From contig OY969801.1 of assembly GCA_963703225.1 (NCBI GenBank), positions 2,368,001 to 2,432,000 of the forward strand: a stretch of 64,000 nucleotides of DNA, in the 5' to 3' direction. Shown in pieces: positions 52,411-63,156 of this stretch; the first letter of the stretch is position 1; each line of letters begins with the position of its first letter. The notes under the pieces were generated by a model, which worked only from the letters and a program-made list of their open reading frames with translations, searched no databases and was not told the origin of the DNA. Made by a program: the position numbers and the translations under genes. This DNA is from Candidatus Eiseniibacteriota bacterium (GTDB lineage Bacteria > Eisenbacteria > RBG-16-71-46 > SZUA-252).

Positions 52411-53082
52411 TCAGTTCTGGCGGCGGTCGGGCGGGAAGAGATGTCGCGCTTGGTCGAGGCTGTCCTGGGTGGCCGAGGCCTCGTGGAGCACCTGGTAAAC
52501 AGCCCGGTAGCGCAGTTCCGTGCTCTCCATCTCGAGCAAGTGCTGCTTCACCGCGGGCTCCACGTTCAGGTTCATCGCGATCGTATTCAGGACCGCGTCG
52601 GCCCCCATGTGTGCCCCGAGCGTCGCCGCCAGGTCGATCGCGGCTCCCTGCCCTTCATTGAATCGACGGAACATTTCGAGAAGCTGGCGCGACGCGTCCG
52701 GCGTGGTATCGCGCGCCGTCCACGCGTCGTCCTCGATCAGTCGGTGCATCCGGGCGATCCGAAATGGATGCTCCCGCTCGAACCCGTCAATGGCGACCTT
52801 GTATTCGCCGTGGAGGGTCAGATTGTAGCGACCGTCGGGGAGCAGCTGGTAGTTGGCGACCCGGCCGACGCACGCGACGGGATGGACGTCGGGCGATCCG
52901 TAGTAGTTCGCCTCCCAGCCGGGCTTGAGGAGCGCCATGCAGATCGACTGGCCTCCCTGGAGGACTTCGTCCATCATCAAGCGATACCGCGGCTCGAAGA
53001 CGTGCAGCGAGAGAATCGCCTTCGGAAAGAGGACCACGTTTGGAAGCGGGAAGACCGGCCGAGTTTCCAGTTCATCGGTCAC
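52411..53082 (-). CDS. LON peptidase substrate-binding (N-terminal) domain protein
   Basis: PVFPLPNVVLFP...LHVFEPRYR.M, LPDGRYN..L.G, KQ.LLE. Confidence 0.9.
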   Translation of the reverse strand: MTDELETRPVFPLPNVVLFPKAILSLHVFEPRYRLMMDEVLQGGQSICMALLKPGWEANYYGSPDVHPVACVGRVANYQLLPDGRYNLTLHGEYKVAIDGFEREHPFRIARMHRLIEDDAWTARDTTPDASRQLLEMFRRFNEGQGAAIDLAATLGAHMGADAVLNTIAMNLNVEPAVKQHLLEMESTELRYRAVYQVLHEASATQDSLDQARHLFPPDRRQN

Positions 53083-53102
53083 GCGCGAATGCTACCACAG
53101 GG

Positions 53103-54283
53103 GTGTCTGGGCCAACACCCGACGCCCGCGCTGACCGAACGGATCCGCGCGGAGGCTCGGCGGCTCGGATTTCGACGCGATCGGATTCGCGCGGGCCGAA
53201 GCGCATCCGGACGCGGATCGCCTCCGCGCGTGGCTCGCCGAGGGACGGCACGGGACCATGGCGTGGATGGCGCGCGACCCGGCGCGGCGGGGCGATCCGC
53301 GGAGGGCTCTCCCTGAGGCCCGGACTGTGATCTCGGTCGGGCTCGGCTACTACCGGGGCGACTGGCCGGAGGGGGCGGAGCCATCCCCGCTTCGCGGGCG
53401 CGTGGCGCGCTATGCCTGGGGCCGGGACTATCACAAGCGGATTCGAAAGCGCCTCCTCAGGCTGGGTCGGTCGATCCGCGCGATCGAGCCCGCCACGCGG
53501 TTCGTCTTCTTCGCCGACACCGGTCCGTGCCTCGACCGAGCGTGGGCCGAGCGCGCCGGCCTCGGGTGGATCGGGAAGAATACGAACGTGATCACCCAGG
53601 GAGCGGGGTCGTGGCAGTTTCTCGGGGTGCTGCTCACCGATCTCGATCTGGTGGCCGACGCCCCCGCGCGAAACCACTGTGGCACCTGCGCCCGGTGTAT
53701 CGCGGCCTGCCCCACCGGCGCCATCGTCGGGCCGTACGAGCTGGACGCGCGGCGGTGCATCAGCTACCTCACGATCGAGCACCGCGGCGCGATTCCACTC
53801 GAGCTTCGCCCCGCGATCGGCACCCGCATCTTCGGCTGCGACGATTGCCAGGAGGTCTGTCCCTGGAACCGCTTTGCCACCAAGACGACGAATCCCGACT
53901 TCGCGGAACGCCCCGATCAGCAGACCCCCGAGCTGGTCCCGCTTCTCGCGCTGGATGAGGCCGGATTCGCCGCCCGGTTCCAGGGGACGGCGCTCCGCCG
54001 CGCGGGCCGGGACCGGTTCGTCCGAAACGTGGCGGTGGCGCTGGGCAATCTCGGCGACGCCCGGGCGGTCCCGGCGCTCGGCCGTGCGCTTCTTTGGGAT
54101 CCCGACCCTTCCGTTCGGGGCCACGCGGCGTGGGCACTCGGCCAGATCGGCGATCGTGGCGCGGCGGCATTCCTCCGGTTGGCCGAGGGTGAGGGGGACC
54201 CGGAAGTGCGCCGCGAGATCGAGTATGCTTGGGAGAGGATGCACCCGATTCCCGATGAGCCCGTCACCCCGCCAGGGAGGTAG
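53103..54283 (+). CDS. queG: tRNA epoxyqueuosine reductase with HEAT-repeat tail; 5' end frameshifted, start approximate
   Basis: ERIRAEARRLGF, WL.EG.HG.M.WM, ARYAWGRDYH, AGLGWIGKN, CGTC.RCI.ACPTGA, CISYLTIE, FGCDDCQEVCPWN. Confidence 0.92.
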
Positions 54284-54289
54284 CGCCCG

Positions 54290-55060
54290 ATGAACCGAGT
54301 ACTCGCGGCATTCCTGCTCCTCCTCTCGCTGGCCGCCGCGCGGCCGGCCGACGCCGGCATGATCAGCTACACGCAGGATTCGACGAGGATCCGCGGCTAC
54401 CTGGCGCTTCCCCGCGGCGAGGGTACGCACGCCGCGGTCATCGTGATTCACGAATGGTGGGGGCTCAACGATTGGGTGAAGCAGCAGGCGGACAGTCTCG
54501 CAAAGCTGGGCTACGTGGCCTTCGCCGCCGACCTCTACAAGGGACAGGTGGCGTACGACGACGAGACCGCGCACCAATTGGTGAGCGGCTTGGCCGAGGA
54601 CGAGGCGATGAGGACGCTCCGGGCGTCGACCGACTTCCTGAGATCCCGCTCCGACGTCCGCGCCCACGCCATCGGCGTGATTGGATGGTGCATGGGGGGG
54701 AAGTATGCGATTCGGGTCGCGGCGGCCGATCCAGGGATCCGCGCGTGCGTGATGTACTACGGAGCCCCGATCACCGACCCGACGACCATCCGCGAAATCC
54801 AGGCCGCGGTCCTGGGCAACTTTGGAGCCGAGGACAAAGGTCCGAGCCCGGATCAGGTGAAGGAATTTGAGGCGGCTCTGAAGAAGGCAGGGAAACGGGT
54901 GGATTTCAAGATCTACCCAGGAGCCGGACACGCGTTCGCGAACGTGAACAATCCGTGGGGCGGCTACCGCGAGGGACCGACGATGGACGCGTGGAAGCGC
55001 ACGGTCGCCTTCTTCGACAAGGAATTGAAGAAAGCCTCCATCCCCAAGGGATCGCGGTAG
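54290..55060 (+). CDS. Dienelactone hydrolase family protein with signal peptide
   Basis: HEWWGL, GWCMGG, YPGAGHAF; N-terminal hydrophobic stretch ending PADA. Confidence 0.9.
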   Translation: MNRVLAAFLLLLSLAAARPADAGMISYTQDSTRIRGYLALPRGEGTHAAVIVIHEWWGLNDWVKQQADSLAKLGYVAFAADLYKGQVAYDDETAHQLVSGLAEDEAMRTLRASTDFLRSRSDVRAHAIGVIGWCMGGKYAIRVAAADPGIRACVMYYGAPITDPTTIREIQAAVLGNFGAEDKGPSPDQVKEFEAALKKAGKRVDFKIYPGAGHAFANVNNPWGGYREGPTMDAWKRTVAFFDKELKKASIPKGSR

Positions 55061-55101
55061 AGCGGGGCGGCCACGAGCGATCCAGCCCGGGCCGGTTCAA
55101 G

Positions 55102-55542
55102 ATGACTCGGCACGAGGTGGCCGCGGGGATCGTCTGGTCGGGCTCCGAGGTCCTCATCGCGCGCCGCGAAGACCACGACCATCAAGGGGGGCGCTGGGAA
55201 TTCCCCGGCGGCAAGCGGCACCGCTCCGAGACCATCGAGCAGTGTCTTCGCAGGGAGATGCTCGAAGAGATCGGGATCGAAGTCGAGGTGGGCCCGCTCT
55301 GGCGCGCGCTCACACACCTCTATCCCGATCGTGCGGTCAGCCTCTACTTCTATCTATGCGAAAACGTCCGGGGGACGCCGCGCGCCATCGAATGTGCCGA
55401 GGTGCGCTGGATCCCGCCGGACGCGCTCCGACGGCTTCCCTTCGTCGAGGGGGATATCCAGATCCTCCCCGATCTCGCTCGAGACCTTACTTCGCTGGCG
55501 GCGGCTCGGGAGGCCGAACCACACCCTCGATCCCGATCGTGA
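55102..55542 (+). CDS. mutT: MutT-like NUDIX hydrolase
   Basis: [10 protein letters not shown]...ET..QCL.RE..EE.G Nudix box. Confidence 0.82.
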   Translation: MTRHEVAAGIVWSGSEVLIARREDHDHQGGRWEFPGGKRHRSETIEQCLRREMLEEIGIEVEVGPLWRALTHLYPDRAVSLYFYLCENVRGTPRAIECAEVRWIPPDALRRLPFVEGDIQILPDLARDLTSLAAAREAEPHPRSRS

Positions 55543-56101
55543 TGTCGACGTCATCGCCGAGCATCGTGCCGCCCTGGTCGAGCGTCTTGTTCCAGAGAAT
55601 GTTGAAGTCCTTCCGATTTACCTTCGTGGTCGCCTCGAATCCGGCCCGCATCTCGCCGCCAAAGCTGGGCCCCGAGCCGAGGTAGGTGACGGCGAGGGTC
55701 ACCGGCTTCGTGACCCCGCGCATCGTGAGGTTCCCCTCCAGCGACAGCTTTCCCTCGCCCGTGGGGGTGACCTTGGTGCTCACGAACTTGAGCGTCGGAT
55801 ACTTCTCGGCGAAGAAGAAATCCTCGCTCTTGAGATGCCCGTCGCGCTTTTCGTTGTTGGTATTGATGCTCGCGGCGTCGATCTCGACGGTGGCGCTCGA
55901 CGCCGCCGGCTTGTCGGCGTCGTAGACAACGGTCCCCGAGAACTTGGTGAAGTTACCTGGCACCTTGCTGAAAAAGTGCCGGATGGTGAAACCGACCGTG
56001 GAGTGATTGGGGTCGATGGTCCAGGTGACCGGCGCGGCATTCGCGGCCGAGGAGAACGAGAGGCTGAGTGCGAGAACGAACGCGGCGAGGACTCTTCTCA
56101 T
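55487..56101 (-). CDS. YceI family lipid/polyisoprenoid-binding protein
   Basis: Signal peptide, [40 protein letters not shown]. Confidence 0.93.
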   Translation of the reverse strand: MRRVLAAFVLALSLSFSSAANAAPVTWTIDPNHSTVGFTIRHFFSKVPGNFTKFSGTVVYDADKPAASSATVEIDAASINTNNEKRDGHLKSEDFFFAEKYPTLKFVSTKVTPTGEGKLSLEGNLTMRGVTKPVTLAVTYLGSGPSFGGEMRAGFEATTKVNRKDFNILWNKTLDQGGTMLGDDVDITIGIEGVVRPPEPPPAK

Positions 56102-56296
56102 GGGGCCAATTCCTCCGTTTCAGTGTCGCGGTCGCCACGCCTCGGGCGCCGCGCGAACGCCCCGGGCTTGAAGCGGGGGCGGCGTTTGCCTACTATCCTA
56201 CACGTTCATTCTTGGATGCAGCGACTTCCCCACCGATTCCGGGCACCCACCGGGGATCCGCCGACATCTAATACCCTTACGAGGATTCATTGTTCC

Positions 56297-57277
56297 ATGC
56301 CAGATACCCGTGACGTCATCATCCTAGGTTCGGGCGCCGCAGGGCTCACCGCGGCGATCTACGCCGCGCGGGCCAATTTGAAGCCGCTCCTATTCGAAGG
56401 GACCCAGCCAGGCGGCCAACTCACCATCACGACCGAAGTCGAGAATTTCCCCGGCTTCCGCGAGGCGATCATGGGGCCTGCCCTGATGGTCGAGATGAGG
56501 GCCCAGGCGGAGCGATTCGGCACCGAGTTCGTGCCGTTGGACGCGGAGCAGGTGAATCTGCGCTCGAACCCCATCCAGGTCGTCGCCTGCGGCAAGACCT
56601 ACACGACCCGCGCGCTCATCATCGCGACCGGAGCATCGGCCAAGCTCCTCGGCATCGCGAGCGAGACCGCGTTGATGGGCCACGGCGTTTCGGCCTGCGC
56701 GACGTGTGACGGCTTCTTCTTCAAGGAGAAGCCCCTCATCGTGGTCGGCGGAGGCGACACCGCCATGGAAGAGGCGACGTTTCTCACGAAGTTCGCGAGC
56801 CACGTGACCATCGTGCATCGCCGCGACGAGCTGCGCGCCTCCAAGATCATGCAGGAGCGGGCTCGCGCGAATCCCAAGATCTCGTTTATCTGGGATTCGG
56901 AGATTGACGAGATCCTCGGCGCGGCGGAGGGAAAGGTGACCGGGGTCAAGCTCCGGAACCTCAAGACCGGCGTCGTGACCGAGCAGAAGATCGAAGGGGT
57001 GTTCATCGGCATCGGGCACCAGCCCAACACCCAGCTCTTCGGTGGCCAGCTCCCCCTCGATGCCTCAGGGTACATCGTCACCCGTGAGGGAACGCGGACC
57101 GACATCCCGGGCGTCTTTGCCGCGGGCGACGTGCAGGACCGGGTTTACCGGCAGGCCGTGACCGCGGCGGGTAGCGGGTGCATGGCCGCGCTCGACGCCG
57201 AGCGCTACATCGAGCAGCTGAAGCACGCCCAGAACCCGCCTCGCGCGTCGGAGCCCGCCAAGGCTCCCGCCGCGTGA
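56297..57277 (+). CDS. trxB: Thioredoxin-disulfide reductase
   Basis: [50 protein letters not shown]. Confidence 0.96.
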   Translation: MPDTRDVIILGSGAAGLTAAIYAARANLKPLLFEGTQPGGQLTITTEVENFPGFREAIMGPALMVEMRAQAERFGTEFVPLDAEQVNLRSNPIQVVACGKTYTTRALIIATGASAKLLGIASETALMGHGVSACATCDGFFFKEKPLIVVGGGDTAMEEATFLTKFASHVTIVHRRDELRASKIMQERARANPKISFIWDSEIDEILGAAEGKVTGVKLRNLKTGVVTEQKIEGVFIGIGHQPNTQLFGGQLPLDASGYIVTREGTRTDIPGVFAAGDVQDRVYRQAVTAAGSGCMAALDAERYIEQLKHAQNPPRASEPAKAPAA

Positions 57278-58968
57278 GCGACGCGCGCGAAGCACTCGAA
57301 GTCGACGTCCTCTTCGTGGGGGGCGGCCCCGCCGGTTTGGCGGGGGCGCTCAAGCTCTCCCAGCTCGTGACCGCCCGAAACGAACGCGCCGCCGCGGGCC
57401 AGGGAAAGGCCCTCGGCGAAGTCTCCATCGCGGTACTGGAGAAGGCGTCCGAGATCGGCGCGCACGGGATTTCGGGATGCGTGCTCGACCCGCGCGCTCT
57501 GCGCGAGCTCCTCCCCGACTACCGCGCCCTCGGGGCCCCCATCGAGAGCGACGTCACCAGCGACGATCTCTTCTACTTCACGTCCGGCGGCCAGGTTCGG
57601 TTTCCGCTCCTCCCGCCGCCGCTCCAGAATCACGGCAACCATGTCGTCTCGCTCGGCTCCCTGGAGAAGTGGCTCGGGGGCCTCGTGGAAGCGTCCGGCA
57701 GCTACGTCCTCCCCGGAATGGCCGCGGTGGAAGGGCTCTTTGAAGGGGACCGGATGGTCGGCGTCCGGACCGGCGACAAGGGGATCGACCGCCACGGGAA
57801 CCGCAGGACGAACTTCGAGCCCGGCTCCGACGTCCGCGCGAAGGTCACGATTCTCTGCGAGGGCGTTCGCGGGTCGCTGACCAAACGACTCGCTCCCACA
57901 CTTCGACTCGAGGAGGGGCGCGCGCCCCAGATCTATGCGACCGGAATCAAGGAAGTGTGGCAGATGCCGGCGGGACGAGTGCCCAAGGGGCGGGTGATCC
58001 ACACCATGGGCGCCCCGCTCGACTCCCGCACGTTCGGCGGCGGATTCATCTACGGAATGGACCACGACCGGTGGGCGGTCGGCTTCGTGGTGGGGCTCGA
58101 TTACTGGAACCCGACGACCGATCCGCACGGGCTCTTTCAGCAATACAAGCGGCATCCCTTTGTCGCGGCGCTGCTCGACGGCGGATCGATCCTTTCCTAC
58201 GGCGCCAAGGCGATCCCCGAAGGCGGCTACTACTCCATCCCCAGGCTCTCCTGGCCGGGAGGATTGCTCTGCGGCGACAGCGCCTCGCTCCTCAATTCGC
58301 AGCGATTGAAAGGCGTCCACCTGGCCATGAAGTCGGGAATGCTCGCGGCCGAGACGGCCCTGGACGCGCTCGTCGCCGGGGTGGAGGACGCGGAGACCAT
58401 GCGCGCCTACGACCGCCGCGTGCGCGAGTCGTGGATCCACGAGGAGCTTTGGCGCGTCCGGAACTTCCACCAGGGGTTCGAGCGCGGGCTCTGGATGGGG
58501 ATGCTCGACGCGGGGCTGCAGCTCGTCACCGGTGGATTGGGCCTGGGCAACCGTCCCACCTGGGAGACCGGTCCGGCGCGGATGAAGAAGCTGGGCGAGG
58601 CGGGCGTGCGGCCGATTTCACTGGAAGAGACCCAGCGGCGCTATGACAATGTCCACACGTTCACCAAGGTGAACGACGTCTTCCACTCCGGGACGAAGCA
58701 TGACGAGGACCAGCCGAGCCATCTCCTCGTCTCGGACACCAGCATTTGCGCCACCCGCTGCCGCGAGGAGTACGGGAATCCGTGCCAGCACTTCTGTCCG
58801 GCGAACGTCTACGAGATGGTCCCGGACTCCGAGCCGGGCCGAATCAAGCTCAAGCTCAACCCCTCGAACTGCGTCCACTGCAAGACCTGCGACATCGCCG
58901 ACCCCTATCAGATCATCACGTGGGTTCCCCCGGAAGGCGGAGGCGGCCCGAATTACGTTCAGCTGTAG
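57274..58968 (+). CDS. Electron transfer flavoprotein-quinone oxidoreductase with C-terminal ferredoxin domain
   Basis: [58 protein letters not shown]. Confidence 0.93.
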   Translation: MSDAREALEVDVLFVGGGPAGLAGALKLSQLVTARNERAAAGQGKALGEVSIAVLEKASEIGAHGISGCVLDPRALRELLPDYRALGAPIESDVTSDDLFYFTSGGQVRFPLLPPPLQNHGNHVVSLGSLEKWLGGLVEASGSYVLPGMAAVEGLFEGDRMVGVRTGDKGIDRHGNRRTNFEPGSDVRAKVTILCEGVRGSLTKRLAPTLRLEEGRAPQIYATGIKEVWQMPAGRVPKGRVIHTMGAPLDSRTFGGGFIYGMDHDRWAVGFVVGLDYWNPTTDPHGLFQQYKRHPFVAALLDGGSILSYGAKAIPEGGYYSIPRLSWPGGLLCGDSASLLNSQRLKGVHLAMKSGMLAAETALDALVAGVEDAETMRAYDRRVRESWIHEELWRVRNFHQGFERGLWMGMLDAGLQLVTGGLGLGNRPTWETGPARMKKLGEAGVRPISLEETQRRYDNVHTFTKVNDVFHSGTKHDEDQPSHLLVSDTSICATRCREEYGNPCQHFCPANVYEMVPDSEPGRIKLKLNPSNCVHCKTCDIADPYQIITWVPPEGGGGPNYVQL

Positions 58969-59027
58969 GGGGGACGGCTTCGCGTTGAATCGATCCTGAT
59001 CCGCGCGCGAGGGTGGGGCGCGTCCCG

Positions 59028-59363
59028 TCAGTATCTGGGGACGGTGGGGTCGATCAACTCCGACCAGGCTTCGATGCCGCCGCTCATGCTCCGCACCTTG
59101 CGAAATCCGTGATCCCAGAGCAGCAGGCACCCGTCCACGCTCCGATCGCCGTGGTGGCAATAGATGATCGTCTCCATGGAGGGATCGAGCTCGCCGACGC
59201 GGGTTTCCAGGCCGAGGAGCGGAATGTGGATCGCCCCCTCGAGGTGCGACTTCTCCCACTCCCAGTCGTCGCGAACGTCGAGGAGGATCAGGTTCTCCCC
59301 GCCCTCGATCATCTCGTTGACCAGCTCCGGCGAGATCTCGAACTCGAGGAAGTGATCCCGCAT
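59028..59363 (-). CDS. Rhodanese-like domain protein
   Basis: LLDVR..WE, IPL, YCHHG.RS, GGIEAWS..IDP.VPRY. Confidence 0.9.
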   Translation of the reverse strand: MRDHFLEFEISPELVNEMIEGGENLILLDVRDDWEWEKSHLEGAIHIPLLGLETRVGELDPSMETIIYCHHGDRSVDGCLLLWDHGFRKVRSMSGGIEAWSELIDPTVPRY

Positions 59364-59372
59364 CGTCGGGCC

Positions 59373-59474
59373 TCAGCGCCCCTCGGACGCCCGCCGGAGG
59401 CGCCGCCAGAGCAGCGCCAGGTAGACCGCCCAAAGGAGCCCGCTCAGCAGATAGGCGACGATCGCATAGGTCAT
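59373..59474 (-). CDS. ccmD: Heme exporter small subunit CcmD-like (33 aa; below ORF-track cutoff)
   Basis: MTYAIVAYLLSGLLWAVYLALLWRRLRRASEGR; ATGA overlap with ccmC stop; AY...Y hydrophobic helix followed by basic tail. Confidence 0.75.
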   Translation of the reverse strand: MTYAIVAYLLSGLLWAVYLALLWRRLRRASEGR

Positions 59475-60181
59475 GACCGGCGAATGTCCAGCGCGGGCAC
59501 CCCGATCGGACGGGTGTCAGCCTCGCGCGAGGCGGCTTCGCGCGCCCACTCCAGGCGGAGACGCCGTTCCAGCACGGCGAGGTAGAAGACGACCCACGCC
59601 AGCATGGAGAGAAGCAGGATCTGGCGCATGTCGCCGGACATCGTGACGGCCTTCGGGTGGAGCGAACCGCGCCACCACTCCACCGACTTCCATACGATCG
59701 GAAGGTTCACGAAGAAGACCACGCCCATGATCGCGGAAATCGTCCGCTTCGCGGAGGACCGGAGAGAAGCGCGGACCACGTGGTACGCGGCGTAGAGGAT
59801 CCAGAGGATGAAGAATGTCGTGAGTCGCGGCTCCCAGGTCCACCATGTGTTCCACGCCGAGCGTGCCCAGAGCGGACCGGTGAGCATCACGACCGTCGCG
59901 AAGACCATCCCGACCTCGCACGATGCGGCGCCGAGCGCGTCCCAGAACCAGTACTTGGTGGCGAGGTAGGCGATGCCGGCGGCGAACACGACCCCAAACG
60001 CGAGGAGCGTCACGATCGCGCTGGGAACGTGGATGTAGACGATCTTCTGAACCGGCCCCATGACCGCTTCCACCGGCGCCCGGAACACGACCGCCGCGAG
60101 CGAGGCCGCCACGAGCAGGATCGCCACGCCCCAGAGCCAGGGCGCCGCCCTCCGCCACGCGTCCGGAATGATCCGGTTCAT
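59471..60181 (-). CDS. ccmC: Heme exporter CcmC
   Basis: KIVYIHVPSA, TGPLWARSAWNTWWTWEPRLT (WWD domain), SVEWW..LHP. Confidence 0.93.
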   Translation of the reverse strand: MNRIIPDAWRRAAPWLWGVAILLVAASLAAVVFRAPVEAVMGPVQKIVYIHVPSAIVTLLAFGVVFAAGIAYLATKYWFWDALGAASCEVGMVFATVVMLTGPLWARSAWNTWWTWEPRLTTFFILWILYAAYHVVRASLRSSAKRTISAIMGVVFFVNLPIVWKSVEWWRGSLHPKAVTMSGDMRQILLLSMLAWVVFYLAVLERRLRLEWAREAASREADTRPIGVPALDIRRS

Positions 60182-60849
60182 TCTCCAGCCTCCTGAACCG
60201 ATTCGTAGAGCCAAGCCGACAGGGCAAGGCCCAAGACATCCATGACCGCCATCACCTTGATCCAGTCGCGAACGGGCTCGATGGTCCCTCCGGCCCAGAG
60301 CGCGTGGGTCAACTTGACCGCGCCGATCCAGAGGGGAACGAGGGATGGGAACAGGAGAACCGAGAGGAGGAGCTCCCGTGCCTGGAGCCCCCGAGCCAGT
60401 GCCGCGAACAACGTTCCCCACGCACTATAGCCCAGAAGCGCGAGCGCGACAACGCCCGCGAGCGCGGGTAGGACGCGCAAATCGCCGACGTCATAAAAGA
60501 TCGCGGTCAACGGGAGGAGCAGGAGAAATACCGCCCCGAGGAGGAGCGCGCCCGCGAGGGTCTTCCCCAGGTAGACCATATAGGGATCGGGACCCGCCAG
60601 ACGGACCGCGTCGGCCGCGCCCCACGCCCCTTCCAGCTCCTGGGACCTTGTCAAACCGAGAACGCCCGCGAAGAAGAGCGCCGCCCACACGGTGGCGGCC
60701 GCCTCCCGCGCGGGATCGTTGAAGATCGGGCCCAGGGCCACGCTCAGGATGAGCACGAGCGCCGCGCTGAAGAGCCCCAGCGTGGCCGCGAAGCGCGCGT
60801 CCCGCACGAAGAGCTTCAGGTCCTTGAGCGCGACCGTCCAGACCGTCAT
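60178..60849 (-). CDS. ccmB: Heme exporter CcmB
   Basis: KDL, W..LFFAG.LGL.R, YLGK, RELLL.VLLFP..VP; position between ccmA and ccmC. Confidence 0.9.
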   Translation of the reverse strand: MTVWTVALKDLKLFVRDARFAATLGLFSAALVLILSVALGPIFNDPAREAAATVWAALFFAGVLGLTRSQELEGAWGAADAVRLAGPDPYMVYLGKTLAGALLLGAVFLLLLPLTAIFYDVGDLRVLPALAGVVALALLGYSAWGTLFAALARGLQARELLLSVLLFPSLVPLWIGAVKLTHALWAGGTIEPVRDWIKVMAVMDVLGLALSAWLYESVQEAGE

Positions 60850-61484
60850 GCCGCCTCGATTCGGCCGCTGGTGAGCCGAAGGGACCGCGTGGCCAGCGCC
60901 GCGGCGCGCTCGGGATCGTGCCCCACCAGGAGCACCCCGGCCCCGCGCGCGATCGCCTCGCGGAGGGCGCCGTTGAGCGCGGCGGTTCCCTCCGCGTCGA
61001 GCCCCGCGTAGGGCTCATCCAGGATCAGAAAGCGGGGTCCATGGAGAAGCGCGCGGCTCAACACCACGCGCTGGAGCATTCCTCGGGAGAAGGTATGGAG
61101 CGGGACGTCCGCGAATGCCGCAAGCCCGAACCGCTCGAGCATCGCTCTCGCCTTGGGGCGCGCCTCGACCACGCCCGCCAACCGCCCGAAAAACTCAAGA
61201 TTCTCGACGGGCGTGAGCGATTCGTAAAGCAGAGGAAGGTGGGACGTGAACCCGATCGCGCGCCGGGCGGCCTGACGGTGCTCGCCGACCGGAACGTCGT
61301 CGATCGAAACTTCGCCGTCGTCGGCGGCGAGCAGGGTGGCAATGATGCGGGCCAGGGTGGTCTTGCCGGAGCCGTTCGCCCCCGCCAGAAGGACGACCTC
61401 CCCCGCCTCGAGGCTGAGCGACGCGCCGGCCAGAATGGTCCGGTCGTCGAAGCGCTTCCGGACGGCCTCGGCTCGAAGGCTCAC
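60846..61484 (-). CDS. ccmA: Heme exporter ABC ATPase CcmA
   Basis: GANGSGKTT, FSRGMLQR, ILDEPY.GLD. Confidence 0.88.
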   Translation of the reverse strand: MSLRAEAVRKRFDDRTILAGASLSLEAGEVVLLAGANGSGKTTLARIIATLLAADDGEVSIDDVPVGEHRQAARRAIGFTSHLPLLYESLTPVENLEFFGRLAGVVEARPKARAMLERFGLAAFADVPLHTFSRGMLQRVVLSRALLHGPRFLILDEPYAGLDAEGTAALNGALREAIARGAGVLLVGHDPERAAALATRSLRLTSGRIEAA

Positions 61485-61494
61485 CGCGCGGAGG

Positions 61495-62724
61495 TCAGCG
61501 GGTCCCGGTCCGAGGCTGATCGGCGAGTATGGACTCGAGCCGGCGCTTCAAGTTGCCGCGAATCAACGCGTGGGTATCCTTGGAGAACTCCCCCCGCTCC
61601 ACGCCCCGATCCAAGGCCTCGATCAAATAGAGGTACACCGTCGCGAATTCATCGTCGGCTTGAGGAACCCGCTCGGCCCTTGCTGAAGCGGGCCCGGCTG
61701 GTGCTGCGAAGGGTATTTCCTTTCCGACCCGAGCAGCACCACCCGGACCCGCCCCACCACGCGCCGCGCGTTGTCCCCTTCTCGAGGCGAAGACCAACGC
61801 GCCGATGATCAGAAACGGCGCCAAGAGCCACGGATAGATCTTCGGATTCGACCAGAACCCCGCGCCGTTGATCCTCATCGTGACCTCGGCTCCCACGGGG
61901 AAATTCGAGCCCTGGTAGATCTCGAACTTTCGCCCCCCTTGCTCGCGCTGCCCGCCGTACTGGAGCGACTTCGACTCCAGCCGAAGCTTGGGGTCCTCGA
62001 TGAGGACCACGAACTTGTCGGTGGGAAAGTAGAGCCGGTGCGAAAGGTCCATCCGACCCGACATGGGTACGCTGTAGGTGAAGCTGAAGGGCCGCGTCCC
62101 GGGCGGAATGGGACGCAGGCTCGCGAGGTCTCTGCCTTGGACCCGCACGGTCTGCTCGTCGCCTCCCATGCCCGCCTGAAACTCCTTCACCGAAGCCGGG
62201 AGGCCCAGCCTGACGCCGACGTTCTCGGCGTGGTTGAGCCCGGTGCCGAGGTAGGCGGTCTCGCCCGAGTTCTCGAAGACGACGATTTCGGTGACATGGA
62301 GATCGCCCGGCCGCCGCTCGACGATGATGTGGTGATTGGTCACCCGGACGGAGGCCATGTCTCGGCCGACGTCGTAGACCACCATATCCTGCGACGCTTC
62401 CCCACCGACCGGCTCGACCGGCCCCTCGGTGTAGTAGGCTCCCTCGTACTCGGCGGAGATGAAGTACGAATGCTGGGGATCGGCGTTCAAGCCGGCGAAC
62501 GTAAAGGAGCCGTCCTGACCCGAGGTCGCCGTCTTGCCCGCGAGCTCCTCCGTCCCGGAAACTACGTGTAGCGAGACCGGAAGGCCGGGCAAGGGGTGCC
62601 GTGCCGTCCCCTTCAGGGTTCGACCGTGGATCGTGAATGTGGCCGCGCCCGCGCGCGGGGCCACGGCGACCAGCACGCACGCGACCGTCAGTGCGGGCAA
62701 GACCCAGCGAAGGAATGCTCTCAA
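61495..62724 (-). CDS. Membrane-anchored periplasmic beta-sandwich protein in ccm cluster, function unknown
   Basis: Signal peptide, carboxypeptidase-regulatory-like first domain, C-terminal TM (WLLAPFLIIGALVFA), cytoplasmic helix LDRGVERGEFS. Confidence 0.75.
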   Translation of the reverse strand: MRAFLRWVLPALTVACVLVAVAPRAGAATFTIHGRTLKGTARHPLPGLPVSLHVVSGTEELAGKTATSGQDGSFTFAGLNADPQHSYFISAEYEGAYYTEGPVEPVGGEASQDMVVYDVGRDMASVRVTNHHIIVERRPGDLHVTEIVVFENSGETAYLGTGLNHAENVGVRLGLPASVKEFQAGMGGDEQTVRVQGRDLASLRPIPPGTRPFSFTYSVPMSGRMDLSHRLYFPTDKFVVLIEDPKLRLESKSLQYGGQREQGGRKFEIYQGSNFPVGAEVTMRINGAGFWSNPKIYPWLLAPFLIIGALVFASRRGQRAARGGAGPGGAARVGKEIPFAAPAGPASARAERVPQADDEFATVYLYLIEALDRGVERGEFSKDTHALIRGNLKRRLESILADQPRTGTR

Positions 62725-63107
62725 GCTCCCTCCGCCCCCGCCTTGCCCCGCCTGCTTCGCTTGTACTCTTCGATGAGCCGCTCCACCCGGTCACCTCCCT
62801 CGATCACCCCCGGGCGGCGCTCCGCCCTGGGGACCTCGCGTTCTTCCTCCGCGAGGACCTCGAGCACGTCGCCCATGATGTCGTCGCGCATGCGGCCATG
62901 ATCCTCCGCAGAGATCTTTCCCGAATCACGATCGAAGTCGAGATCGAGGAGGGTGCCGTAGAGCCGCCCCTTTCGCTCGGCGATGGACCGGCGGCGCGCT
63001 TCGGCGGCGGGCTCCACCCACATGCGTTCTCCGCGAGCGAAGAGGAGCGGCGAGAGAACAAAGAGGGCCACGCCGAGAACGAGGAGCACCTGGACGAGAA
63101 GGGTCAT
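62721..63107 (-). CDS. CcmI N-terminal-like membrane protein
   Basis: N-terminal TM ending VLSPL; LLDLDFDRDSGKISAEDH resembles the CcmI L.eL..d...G.i motif. Confidence 0.65.
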   Translation of the reverse strand: MTLLVQVLLVLGVALFVLSPLLFARGERMWVEPAAEARRRSIAERKGRLYGTLLDLDFDRDSGKISAEDHGRMRDDIMGDVLEVLAEEEREVPRAERRPGVIEGGDRVERLIEEYKRSRRGKAGAEGA

Positions 63108-63156
63108 CGTCCCCGGGCCGAAGGGAGCCGGTTCCAGGCGATCACGGCCGCGGGCA

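Noticed and set aside
55331..57277. 648-aa extended thioredoxin reductase
   Set aside because: The N-terminal part is the antisense of yceI; TrxB homology begins at ATG 56297.
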